Assembly (NCBI RefSeq): GCF_963974575.1
Contig: NZ_CAXBBQ010000009.1
Location: forward strand, 36,734-100,733
Length of the DNA stretch: 64,000 nt
Reading direction: 5' to 3'
From: an uncultured Sphingosinicella sp.
GTDB taxonomy: Bacteria; Pseudomonadota; Alphaproteobacteria; Sphingomonadales; Sphingomonadaceae
The notes under the pieces: model-generated
Databases searched by the model: none
Told to the model about the DNA's origin: nothing
Seen by the model: only the letters and a program-made list of their open reading frames with translations
Position numbers and translations under genes: made by a program
Part shown: positions 30,546 through 39,277 of the stretch, piece by piece
Numbering within the stretch: the first letter of the stretch is position 1
How the letters are laid out: the number at the start of each line of letters is the position of its first letter

Positions 30546-31941
30546 ATGCAGCGGCGCGCGCCGCCGGATCGCTGAGGGCGGCCACGAAATCGTCGCGCCA
30601 GGCAATGACATCCTCGTCGCGGACCGACCGGATCATGCCCTGCCAGCGGCGGATGCGCTCCTCCCTCGGCATCTCGAGCGCGGCGGCGATCGCCTCGCCC
30701 ACCTCCTCGCTGCTGTGCGGGTTGACGAGCAGCGCATCGGAAAGCTGCAGCGCGGCGCCTGCGAAGCGCGACAGGATGAGAACGCCGGGGTCCTCCGGGT
30801 CCTGCGCCGCGACATATTCCTTGGCGACGAGGTTCATGCCGTCGCGCAGCGGCGTGACGAGCCCCACGCGCGCGGCGCGGTAGAAGCCCGCCAGCTCGGC
30901 GCGCGAATAGCCCTGGTTCACATAGCGGATCGGCACCCAGTCGATATCGGCATGGGCGCCGTTGATGTGCCCCGCCGAACGCTCCAGCGCGTTGCGGATA
31001 TCCTGATAGGCGTGGACGTCCTCCCGCGAGGGTGGCGCGATCTGGAGCAGCACGACATCCTTCGCCGCCTCCGGGTGGTCGGTGAGGAAGCGGTGGTAGG
31101 AATCGAAGCGCTCGACGAGGCCCTTCGAATAATCGAGGCGGTCGACGCCGATGATGACCTTCTTGCCGTCGGCGCTGGCGCGGAGGCGATCGTGCGCGCG
31201 GTGCGCCACGTCCGTCTGCCCGGCCGCCGTGAATTCGGCGTAGTCGATGCCGATGGGGAAAGCGCGGGTAACGATGCTGCGGCCTTCCCATTCGACGGTG
31301 CCGCCGTCCGCCGCGACGCGGCCGCCAAGTTCCTTCTCGACATAATGGCAGAAGGATTCGTGCCACTCGCGCGACTGGAAGCCGATGACATCGTAGTGGA
31401 GCATGTGCTCGACCAGCCGCTCGTGGAAGGGCAGCGACACGAACAGGCGTGTCGGCGGCCACGGGATGTGCAGGAACAGGCCGATGCGGTTGCGGATGCC
31501 CTTGTCCTGCAGGAATTTGCCGAGCGGCAGCAGGTGATAATCGTGGACCCAGACGAGGTCGCCCGGCTCGATCAGCGGCGTGACGCTGTCGGCGAAGCGG
31601 CGGTTCACGCGCTCATAGCCCTCGCCGAAGCTGCGCTCATATTCGGTGAGGTCGACGCGGTGGTGGAACAGCGGCCACAGCGTGCGATTGGCGTAGCCGT
31701 TGTAATATTCGTCGATGTCCTGCGGTTCGAGATCGATGGTGGCGGTGGTGACGCCGTGCTGGCGCTGCATGTCGAGATGGCCGGTGAAGGTCTCCGTTTC
31801 GTTGCCCGACCAGCCGAACCAGATGCCGCGATGCTCGCGCAGCGCAGCACTTAGCGCGACGGCGAGGCCGCCCTGCGCGCCGCTGCCGTTTTCCGCTTTC
31901 GGTACCGAAACGCGGTTCGAAATGACGATCAACCGGCTCAT
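30544..31941 (-). CDS. otsA: alpha,alpha-trehalose-phosphate synthase (UDP-forming)
   Basis: MSRLIVISNRV... with GT20 sequence throughout. The ATG at 31941 overlaps the GH15 stop as ATGA. The track start at 31956 is 5 codons longer. Confidence 0.85.
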   Translation of the reverse strand: MSRLIVISNRVSVPKAENGSGAQGGLAVALSAALREHRGIWFGWSGNETETFTGHLDMQRQHGVTTATIDLEPQDIDEYYNGYANRTLWPLFHHRVDLTEYERSFGEGYERVNRRFADSVTPLIEPGDLVWVHDYHLLPLGKFLQDKGIRNRIGLFLHIPWPPTRLFVSLPFHERLVEHMLHYDVIGFQSREWHESFCHYVEKELGGRVAADGGTVEWEGRSIVTRAFPIGIDYAEFTAAGQTDVAHRAHDRLRASADGKKVIIGVDRLDYSKGLVERFDSYHRFLTDHPEAAKDVVLLQIAPPSREDVHAYQDIRNALERSAGHINGAHADIDWVPIRYVNQGYSRAELAGFYRAARVGLVTPLRDGMNLVAKEYVAAQDPEDPGVLILSRFAGAALQLSDALLVNPHSSEEVGEAIAAALEMPREERIRRWQGMIRSVRDEDVIAWRDDFVAALSDPAARAAA

Positions 31942-33722
31942 CGAATCGTGCTCCACGGGCGGGATAACAATCCAGCGCAGTTAATGATCCCGACAAGCGA
32001 ATAGGTCTGCGGATAGTTGCCCCAAAGCTCGCCCGTTTCGAAATCCATGTCTTCGGAGAGCAGGCCGGCCTGCGTGGCGTGGCCGAGCATACGCTCGAAC
32101 AGCGCGCGCGCCTCCTCGCTGCGCCCTGCGACCTGCAGCGCCTCGATCAGCCAGAAGGTGCAGATGTTGAAGGCCGTCTCCGGCCTGCCGAAATCGTCCT
32201 CGCTGGCGTAGCGCAGCATGTGCTCGCCGCGCCGCAGCGCCTTCTCGACCGCGGCGAAGGTGGCGACCATGCGCGGGTCGTCGGCGGGCAGGAAACGCAG
32301 ATCGACGAGTTGGAGCAGACTGGCGTCAAGCTCCTCGCCGCCGAAGGATGCGCCGAAATGGCCGACGTTCTCCGACCATGCGCGGGTCTCGATCGCCTCG
32401 CGGATGGCGGCGGCGCGGCCCGCCCAGTACCGCTCGCGCTCCTCGAGGCCGAGGATGCGTGCGGCGTTTTCCAGCCGGTCGCACGCGGCCCAGCTCATCA
32501 CCGCGCTGTAGGTGTGGACGGCGGTGCGGGTGCGGAACTCCCAGAGGCCGGCATCGGGCTTGTCGTGCATACGCCACGCCATTTCGCCGATCGCCTCCAG
32601 GCTGTGGAAATCGTCGAGATTGGCCATGCGCAGCAGGCGCCGGTCGATGAAGGCCTGAATGTTGGGCAGCACGATCTGGCCGTAGACATCGTGCTGGACC
32701 TGAAGATAGGCGGCGTTGCCGACTCGCACCGGGCCCATGCCGCGATAGCCGGCGAGGCCGTCCGCGACGGATTCATCGAGCGCGCGCGCGCCCGACACGG
32801 CATAGAGAGGCTGAAGGCTGCCATCGGCGTCGTCGACGATGTTGCGCAGATAGGCGAGATATTTTTCAAGGACGTCGAGCGCGCCGAGCCGGTTCAGCGC
32901 CTGCACCGTATAATAAGCGTCGCGGATCCAGCAGTAGCGATAATCCCAGTTCCGGCCCGAATTGGCGGCTTCCGGGATCGAGGTGGTGAGCGCGGCGACG
33001 ATGGCGCCCGTCTCCTCGTGCTGGCAAAGCTTCAGCGTGATGGCGGCGCGGATCACCTGATCCTGCCATTCGAGCGGCGTGGCAAGGCCGCGCACCCAGT
33101 GTTGCCAATAGCTCTCGGTACGTTCGAGCATGGTGGCGACCTCGCGCGACACATTGCCGGCGAAGGGTTCGTCGGGGCCGAGGAAGAAATGCGCGGGACG
33201 CTCCAGCCGGAACGGCCGGCTGTCGATGACGTGGCCGACGGGCGCGTCCGTGGTGAGCCGCAGCGTCTGGTCGCCGAGCAGGAAGCGGATGTGGTTGGTG
33301 CCGTTGGTGCGCGGCGCCACCTCGCGGCCGTAGCCGCGCATCGGCGCGAGGTGGACGCGAAGGCGCGGCGAGCCCGACACGGGCTGCACAATGCGCACCC
33401 ACGCCACCGGGCGGTACATGCGGCCGGTGCGTTCGAAGCGCGGGCAGAAGTCGATGACATCGACCGCGCCGCCCTCCGCATCCTCCAGCCGGGTGACGAG
33501 GATGGGCGTGTTGCGGCGGTAGGCCTGACGCGCCGAGACCTGGCCTTCCAGCGAGACCATCCAGGCGCCGGGCACCGGGCCGCCATCGTCGTTGTTCAGC
33601 AGCGCGCAGAACACCGGGTCGCCATCAACACGCGGCGCGCAGCCCCAGACGAGGCGGGCTTCAGTATCGATGAGGCCGCTGACCTGGCAATTGCCAATCG
33701 GCCAGAGTTCGAGCGAACTCAC
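31938..33722 (-). CDS. glycoside hydrolase family 15 protein (glucoamylase/trehalase-type)
   Basis: 594 aa with the GH15 pattern (NWDYRYCWIRDA, (alpha/alpha)6 region). The GTG start overlaps the otsB stop as GTGA. Confidence 0.8.
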   Translation of the reverse strand: MSSLELWPIGNCQVSGLIDTEARLVWGCAPRVDGDPVFCALLNNDDGGPVPGAWMVSLEGQVSARQAYRRNTPILVTRLEDAEGGAVDVIDFCPRFERTGRMYRPVAWVRIVQPVSGSPRLRVHLAPMRGYGREVAPRTNGTNHIRFLLGDQTLRLTTDAPVGHVIDSRPFRLERPAHFFLGPDEPFAGNVSREVATMLERTESYWQHWVRGLATPLEWQDQVIRAAITLKLCQHEETGAIVAALTTSIPEAANSGRNWDYRYCWIRDAYYTVQALNRLGALDVLEKYLAYLRNIVDDADGSLQPLYAVSGARALDESVADGLAGYRGMGPVRVGNAAYLQVQHDVYGQIVLPNIQAFIDRRLLRMANLDDFHSLEAIGEMAWRMHDKPDAGLWEFRTRTAVHTYSAVMSWAACDRLENAARILGLEERERYWAGRAAAIREAIETRAWSENVGHFGASFGGEELDASLLQLVDLRFLPADDPRMVATFAAVEKALRRGEHMLRYASEDDFGRPETAFNICTFWLIEALQVAGRSEEARALFERMLGHATQAGLLSEDMDFETGELWGNYPQTYSLVGIINCAGLLSRPWSTIR

Positions 33723-34486
33723 AGTGCGCCGAGCCAGGCATGGACCGCCGCGACATCGGGCAGGGCGGCCCCTGCAGCGGTGGGGCGGTGGGCGCCGACG
33801 AGCACGCCGAAGCCGCCGGCGGCGGACGCGGCGCCGAAGCCGTCCTCGTCGGTGACGTCGTCGCCGATGAAGACGGGGGTGGTGTTCCGGAATGCGGGCA
33901 TGGCCATGAGTGTTGCTACGATCTTTCCTTTATCGATGCCTGGCGGCATCAGTTCGGTCACCATCTTGCCGGTCTTGACGGCAAGGCCGTGGCGGCCGCC
34001 GAGCGTGTCGGCGAAGGCCTGCACGGCGCCGCCGGCATCGGGGGCCTGCCGGTAATGAAGCGCGAAGCCGAGCGGCTTGGCTTCGACAAAAACGCCGTGC
34101 GCGGCGGCGAAGGCCAGCGCCTCCAGATGCGCGGCCTTGGGGAATGTCGCGGCCGACGGCGCGTTCGCGGGGGCCGCGGCGAGGCGGAGTTCGCCGCCGT
34201 GCGAGCCGGACAGCGTGAGCGCGGGGGCGGGGAGATAATGATCGAGATCGGCGAGGGCGCGGCCGCTGACGATGGCGAGGCGGCCCTGAAGACGCCGGCC
34301 GACGCTTTCCAGCAGGGAGATGAGATGCGGAGCGACCCGGATGGCATCGGGCTGCGGCGCCAGATCGACGAGCGTGCCGTCGAAATCGAGGAAGAGGGAA
34401 GGGTGATCCATCGTCGCCAGCGATGGGGGCGGCGGCAGCGACGGCGTGCGCGCTCGATCCGCGGTCTGGAAAGAATCGGGGTCCAT
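33719..34486 (-). CDS. otsB: trehalose-phosphatase
   Basis: HAD motif I LFLDFDGTL and a C-terminal FIGDDVTDEDGF. The start could instead be at 34411. Confidence 0.8.
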   Translation of the reverse strand: MDPDSFQTADRARTPSLPPPPSLATMDHPSLFLDFDGTLVDLAPQPDAIRVAPHLISLLESVGRRLQGRLAIVSGRALADLDHYLPAPALTLSGSHGGELRLAAAPANAPSAATFPKAAHLEALAFAAAHGVFVEAKPLGFALHYRQAPDAGGAVQAFADTLGGRHGLAVKTGKMVTELMPPGIDKGKIVATLMAMPAFRNTTPVFIGDDVTDEDGFGAASAAGGFGVLVGAHRPTAAGAALPDVAAVHAWLGAL

Positions 34487-34501
34487 GCGATGTGTGATAT
34501 C

Positions 34502-34527
34502 AACGTCTCCCGATTGTCTCCGGTTCC
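34502..34527 (-). promoter_or_regulatory. EcfG-type (general stress response) promoter candidate for otsB-GH15-otsA
   Basis: The minus strand reads GGAAC-N17-CGTT. CGTT ends 15 nt upstream of the ATG at 34486. Confidence 0.5.
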
Positions 34528-34598
34528 GCCCTTGTGCCCGGATGCAGCGCCCCGGATCAACCCCGGATCAAGCCGCGCGAGCCCGCCAACGATAGGAC

Positions 34599-34627
34599 TT
34601 GCACCGCCAAAGGCCCCCGATTATAGA
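34599..34627 (+). promoter_or_regulatory. candidate sigma-70 promoter for tRNA-Trp
   Basis: TTGCAC-N17-TATAGA. The -10 element ends 17 nt before the tRNA 5' end. Confidence 0.45.
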
Positions 34628-34644
34628 CGCGGCTCCCGGGCTCT

Positions 34645-34720
34645 AGGAGTGTAGCTCAGTTGGTAGAGCATCGGTCTCCAAAACCGAGGGCCGTGGGTTC
34701 GAGTCCCTCCACTCCTGCCA
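34645..34720 (+). tRNA. tRNA-Trp (anticodon CCA)
   Basis: AGGAGTGTAGCTCAGTTGGTAGAGCATCGGTCTCCAAAACCGA...TTCGAGTCCCTCCACTCCTGCCA, 76 nt. It folds as a cloverleaf with one U-U mismatch in the T stem. Confidence 0.9.
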
Positions 34721-34777
34721 GTCTTCGATAGGCGAGCGGTTTTGGGGCTCGGGAACGAGTAGAGGTTCACCAGTCAA

Positions 34778-34826
34778 CCGGCGCCGCCCGGAAGAAAAGG
34801 GCGCTGCCGGTCGGCTGTTTTTGTTT
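34778..34826 (+). terminator. possible terminator after tRNA-Trp
   Basis: Imperfect hairpin CCGGCGCCGCCC-GGAAGAAAA-GGGCGCTGCCGG, then TCGGCTGTTTTTGTTT. The T-run is offset by 7 nt. Confidence 0.35.
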
Positions 34827-34844
34827 GGGAATTGAGCGCGTTAG

Positions 34845-35045
34845 ATGGCTAAGATGACCAATCCGGGCACGTTCGTGCGGCAAGTGCGTCAGGAGACCGC
34901 GAAGGTGTCCTGGCCGACGCGTCGCGAAACGATCGTGACCACGATCATGGTGCTCATCATGACCACCATCCTGTCGCTGTTCTTCCTGGGCGTTGACCAG
35001 GTGCTGGGCCGAATCGTCCAGTTCCTGCTCGACATCGCGAAATAA
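34845..35045 (+). CDS. secE: preprotein translocase subunit SecE
   Basis: 66 aa with VRQETAKVSWPTRRET plus a single TM, in the conserved position before nusG. Confidence 0.85.
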   Translation: MAKMTNPGTFVRQVRQETAKVSWPTRRETIVTTIMVLIMTTILSLFFLGVDQVLGRIVQFLLDIAK

Positions 35046-35065
35046 CGGGAAGGTTCGAAACAGGC

Positions 35066-35605
35066 ATGGCCGCGCGCTGGTACATCATTCACGCCTACTC
35101 GAACTTCGAGAACAAGGTCCGCGATTCGATCCTCGACGAGGCGAAGCGCCTGGGTCTTGAGGCGCTCGTCGAGGAGGTCGAGGTGCCCACCGAGACCGTG
35201 ACCGAGATCCGTCGCGGCAAGAAGGTGCAGGCCGAGCGGAAGTACTTCCCCGGCTATGTGCTCGCCAAGCTGCACATGACTGACGACGTGTTCCACCTTG
35301 TGAAGAACACGCCGAAGGTGACGGGTTTCCTCGGCGCGAGCGGCAAGCCCTCGCCGATCAGCGAGGCGGAAGCCGCGCGCATCCTTTCGACCAAGGGTCA
35401 CCACATCGAAGCGCCGAAGGCGAAGATGAAGGTGAACTTCGAGATCGGCGACGAGGTTCGCGTGCTCGACGGTCCGTTCGCCAGCTTCAACGGCCTCGTG
35501 GAAGAGATCGATTACGATCGCGCCCGCGTGAAGGTTTCGGTGTCGATCTTCGGGCGCGCGACGCCTGTCGAGCTCGACTTCGAGCAGGTCGAGCGGACGA
35601 AGTAG
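35066..35605 (+). CDS. nusG: transcription termination/antitermination factor NusG
   Basis: RWYIIHAYSNFENKV (NGN domain) and a C-terminal KOW (GDEVRVLDGPFASFNG). Confidence 0.95.
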   Translation: MAARWYIIHAYSNFENKVRDSILDEAKRLGLEALVEEVEVPTETVTEIRRGKKVQAERKYFPGYVLAKLHMTDDVFHLVKNTPKVTGFLGASGKPSPISEAEAARILSTKGHHIEAPKAKMKVNFEIGDEVRVLDGPFASFNGLVEEIDYDRARVKVSVSIFGRATPVELDFEQVERTK

Positions 35606-35702
35606 TTTTTTACCCCTCGCCGTTACGGGGAGGGGCGTTGCCTGCGGGAGGCTGCCTTCGGGTGGCCGTCTGGACCGCTAAACTTGAAAGAGAGTGAGAC
35701 CA

Positions 35703-36134
35703 ATGGCCAAGAAGATTACCGGCTATATCAAGCTGCAGGTGCCGGCTGCCGCCGCCACCCCGTCGCCGCCCCTCGGGCCGGCGCTCGGTCAGCGCGGCGT
35801 CAACATCATGGAATTCTGCAAGGCGTTCAACGCCCAGACGCAGGAAATGGAAAAGGGCGCTCCGGTGCCGACGGTGATCACCGTCTATGCCGACCGCAGC
35901 TTCTCCTTCGTCACCAAGACACCGCCCGCCACCTTCCTTCTGAAGAAGGCCGCGAACCTCAAGTCCGGCTCCAAGACGCCGGGCAAGGCGAGCGCCGGAA
36001 CGATCAAGCGTTCCGCCGTTCGTGAGATCGCGCAGGCGAAGATGGTCGATCTGTCGGCGAACGACATCGACGCGGCAATGAAGATCATCGAAGGCTCCGC
36101 CCGCTCGATGGGTCTCGAAGTGGTGGAGGGCTGA
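35703..36134 (+). CDS. rplK: 50S ribosomal protein L11
   Basis: [40 protein letters not shown]. Confidence 0.95.
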   Translation: MAKKITGYIKLQVPAAAATPSPPLGPALGQRGVNIMEFCKAFNAQTQEMEKGAPVPTVITVYADRSFSFVTKTPPATFLLKKAANLKSGSKTPGKASAGTIKRSAVREIAQAKMVDLSANDIDAAMKIIEGSARSMGLEVVEG

Positions 36135-36136
36135 AC

Positions 36137-36838
36137 ATGGCCAAGCTGACGAAGAAGGCCAAGGCGCTGGCCGGCAAGGTCGACCGTGAGAAGCTCTACG
36201 GTGTCGATGAAGCCATTGCGCTCGTGAAGAGCCTCGCAAGCTCCAAGTTCGACGAGACCGTCGAGGTCGCGCTGAACCTTGGCGTCGATCCGCGTCACGC
36301 CGACCAGATGGTGCGCGGCGTCGTCCGCCTGCCGAGCGGCACGGGCAAGGACGTTCGCGTCGCGGTGTTCGCACGCGGTGACAAGGCCGAGGATGCTCGC
36401 AAGGCGGGTGCCGAGGTTGTCGGCGCCGAAGACCTGATGGAAGAAATCCAGGGCGGCCGCAGCGATTTCGACCGCGTCATCGCGACGCCCGACATGATGG
36501 GCATCGTCGGACGCCTCGGCAAGGTGCTCGGCCCCAAGGGCCTGATGCCGAACCCGAAGCTCGGGACCGTCACGCCGAACGTCGCCGAAGCCGTGGAAGC
36601 GGCCAAGGGCGGCCAGGTGGAGTTCCGCGTCGAAAAGGCCGGCATCATCCACAGCGGCATCGGCAAGGCGAGCTTCGACGACGCGGCGCTGCGGGCGAAC
36701 TTCGACGCCTTCGTCGACGCCATCGTCAAGGCGAAGCCGTCGGGCGCCAAGGGCAAGTACGTTCGCAAGATCGCCATCAGCTCCACGATGGGGCCGGGCG
36801 TGAAGATCGATACGGCGACCGCAGGCGCGGCCGCCTAA
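36137..36838 (+). CDS. rplA: 50S ribosomal protein L1
   Basis: [11 protein letters not shown]..., 233 aa, canonical L1. Confidence 0.95.
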   Translation: MAKLTKKAKALAGKVDREKLYGVDEAIALVKSLASSKFDETVEVALNLGVDPRHADQMVRGVVRLPSGTGKDVRVAVFARGDKAEDARKAGAEVVGAEDLMEEIQGGRSDFDRVIATPDMMGIVGRLGKVLGPKGLMPNPKLGTVTPNVAEAVEAAKGGQVEFRVEKAGIIHSGIGKASFDDAALRANFDAFVDAIVKAKPSGAKGKYVRKIAISSTMGPGVKIDTATAGAAA

Positions 36839-37118
36839 ACAGCATCGCGGGGCGGGCCGGAAACGGGTCGCCCCAAGATACCGTCCGAGATTGCAGGCGT
36901 TTCCGAGAGGAAACTCAAAACGCCAGCCTGCATGAGACGGGGACAAGTTTTACCGGTTGCAGCCGTGCGATGGCGAACCGGGTCTGCCGAAGGGCTCCTT
37001 TCGCCCGCACGCAGACGACGACCCCGCGGACGGGCCGAGACCCCCGGAATGGTCCGGGATTTCGGCTCAACCGTTCCGAAGGCGAGTGATCGCCCAAGGG
37101 ACAAACCAGGAGTGAAGC
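36839..37118 (+). promoter_or_regulatory. structured rplJ (L10) leader region
   Basis: 280-nt untranslated gap. Hairpins at 36849-36874 (GGGGCG...CGCCCC) and 36892-36932 (TGCAGGCGTTTCC-GAGA-GGAAACTCAAAACGCCAGCCTGCA). The position corresponds to L10 leader autoregulatory RNAs. Confidence 0.35.
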
Positions 37119-37634
37119 ATGGATCGCGCTGAAAAAAAGGCGCTCGTCGCATCGCTCAACCGCGTCTTCTCGGAGACCGGGGTTGTCGTCATTACGCGCA
37201 ACCACGGCCTTACCGTCGCCCAGGTGACGGCTCTCCGCGGCAAGATGCGCGATGCGGGCGCGGGCTATAAAGTCGCGAAGAACAAGCTCGCCCGGATCGC
37301 ACTGGAAGGTACGCCGTACACGGGGATCAGCGACATGCTGGTCGGTCCGACGGCGCTGGCAACGTCGAGTGATCCCGTTGCCGCCGCCAAGGCTGCCGTC
37401 GATTTCGCGAAGACCAACGAGAAGTTGGAAATCGTCGGCGGTGCCATGGGGGATACCATCCTCGATGCGAACGGCATCAAGCAACTGGCAACGCTGCCGT
37501 CGCTTGACGAACTGCGCGCCAAGATCATCGGCCTCATCAATGCGCCGGCGACCAAGGTGGTTCAGATCGTCCAGGCGCCCGCGGCCCAGCTTGCGCGTGT
37601 CATGGGTGCTTATGCGGCCAAGGACGCCGCCTGA
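37119..37634 (+). CDS. rplJ: 50S ribosomal protein L10
   Basis: [25 protein letters not shown]..., 171 aa. Confidence 0.95.
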   Translation: MDRAEKKALVASLNRVFSETGVVVITRNHGLTVAQVTALRGKMRDAGAGYKVAKNKLARIALEGTPYTGISDMLVGPTALATSSDPVAAAKAAVDFAKTNEKLEIVGGAMGDTILDANGIKQLATLPSLDELRAKIIGLINAPATKVVQIVQAPAAQLARVMGAYAAKDAA

Positions 37635-37705
37635 GCCTCATCCGGACAGGTTCTTTCTCGATACACACATGATGATGGGCCGACGTGCCCGAATGGAGAC
37701 TTAAA

Positions 37706-38086
37706 ATGGCAGACCTTCAGAAGATTGTAGACGACCTTTCGGCGCTCACCGTTCTCGAAGCCGCGGAGCTTTCCAAGCTCCTCGAAGAGAAGTGGGGCGT
37801 TTCGGCCGCCGCCGCGGTTGCGGTTGCGGCAGCTCCGGGTGGCGGCGGCGACGCCGCTCCGGCCGCTGAAGAGAAGACCGAGTTCGACGTGATCCTCACC
37901 GGCGACGGTGGCAAGAAGATCAACGTCATCAAGGAAGTCCGCGCCATCACCAGCCTCGGCCTCGGCGAAGCCAAAGCGCTCGTCGAAGGCGCTCCGAAGG
38001 CGGTGAAGGAAGGCGTGAACAAGGAAGAAGCCGAGAAGATCAAGAAGCAGCTTGAAGAAGCCGGCGCGACCGTCGAGATCAAGTAA
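37706..38086 (+). CDS. rplL: 50S ribosomal protein L7/L12
   Basis: [32 protein letters not shown]... The ATG at 37706 follows GGAGA. Confidence 0.95.
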   Translation: MADLQKIVDDLSALTVLEAAELSKLLEEKWGVSAAAAVAVAAAPGGGGDAAPAAEEKTEFDVILTGDGGKKINVIKEVRAITSLGLGEAKALVEGAPKAVKEGVNKEEAEKIKKQLEEAGATVEIK

Positions 38087-38108
38087 GCTTCACGGCTTTA
38101 CGAATGAA

Positions 38109-38139
38109 GGGGCGGTTCCGAAAGGAGCCGCCCTTTTTT
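38109..38139 (+). terminator. strong intrinsic terminator after rplL
   Basis: GGGGCGGTTCC-GAAA-GGAGCCGCCC followed by TTTTTT. Confidence 0.75.
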
Positions 38140-38214
38140 CATGCGCGCATAAGCGGCTGATTCCAAAGCCGTGCGTTTGATGTATGGTGCGAGCGAAAAG
38201 GCCGGACGGCAGCC

Positions 38215-39273
38215 ATGCGGAAGATCGAAGACAGAACCTTTCTCGCCCTCATCGTTGTCGTCTCGCTGGCATTTGCATGGGTGCTGCTGCCGTTCTTCGG
38301 CGCGATCCTGTGGGCGCTCATTGCCGGCATCCTGTTCGAGCCCTTGAACCGGCGCGTGCTTGCGCGGTTCCCGGGGCATCCGAACCTCGCCGCGCTCCTG
38401 ACGCTGCTGGTCATCGTTGCGATGGTGATTCTGCCTGCGATCACCATCGGGATTTTCCTGCTGCAGGAAGCGACCGCGATCTATGCGCGCATCGAGGGCG
38501 GGCAGATCGACGTCGGCGGCTATTTCCGGCAGGTGCAGGCGTTGCTGCCGGACTGGGCAATTTCGATTCTGCGCCGGCTCGGGCTCAGCAATATCGGCGC
38601 CATCCGCGAGAAGATCGCGGACGGCGTCGCCGACAGCTTTCAGGTGCTCGCCGCGCAGACCGTCGTGATCGGGCAGCGGACCTTCGGCTTCCTCGTCGGG
38701 CTCGGCGTGATGCTGTACCTGATCTTCTTTTTCCTTCGCGACGGCGACGCGCTCGTCGACAAGCTGCGCGGTTCGATTCCCCTGCATCCGGCGCAGCGCA
38801 ACGCGCTCATTGCCAAGTTCGTGACGGTGATCCGCGCGACTGTGAAAGGCAGCATCGTCGTCGCCATCCTTCAGGGCGCGGTCGGCGGGGTCGTATTCTG
38901 GAGCCTCGGCATCCACGGCGCGCTGCTGTGGGGCGTGCTCATGGGCTTCCTGTCGCTGCTTCCGGCGGTGGGCACGGGGCTCGTGTGGGTGCCGGTCGCC
39001 ATCTATCTGCTCGTCACCGGCTCGATATGGCAGGGTGTCGTGCTGGTGTTCTGCGGTTTCTTCGTCATCGGGCTCATCGACAACATCCTGCGCCCGATCC
39101 TCGTCGGCCGCGACGCGCGGATGCCCGACTATATCGTGCTTGTCTCCACACTCGGCGGCATCGAGCTGTTCGGTCTGAACGGCATCGTCATCGGACCCGT
39201 CATCGCAGCGCTGTTCATGGCGGTGTGGGAGATCGTCGCGGCGGGCCGCCGGTCCGGCTGGACCACGGCATGA
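38215..39273 (+). CDS. AI-2E family transporter (PerM/YhhT-like permease)
   Basis: 352 aa with about 8 TM segments and an AI-2E-like pattern (LLPFFGAILWA, VWVP, ILRPILVG). Confidence 0.8.
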   Translation: MRKIEDRTFLALIVVVSLAFAWVLLPFFGAILWALIAGILFEPLNRRVLARFPGHPNLAALLTLLVIVAMVILPAITIGIFLLQEATAIYARIEGGQIDVGGYFRQVQALLPDWAISILRRLGLSNIGAIREKIADGVADSFQVLAAQTVVIGQRTFGFLVGLGVMLYLIFFFLRDGDALVDKLRGSIPLHPAQRNALIAKFVTVIRATVKGSIVVAILQGAVGGVVFWSLGIHGALLWGVLMGFLSLLPAVGTGLVWVPVAIYLLVTGSIWQGVVLVFCGFFVIGLIDNILRPILVGRDARMPDYIVLVSTLGGIELFGLNGIVIGPVIAALFMAVWEIVAAGRRSGWTTA

Positions 39274-39277
39274 CGCT

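Noticed and set aside
35613-35635. Palindrome after nusG considered as the nusG terminator.
   Set aside because: The T-run lies upstream of the hairpin, not downstream, on the plus strand, and no minus-strand gene ends here. It is kept only as a palindromic element.
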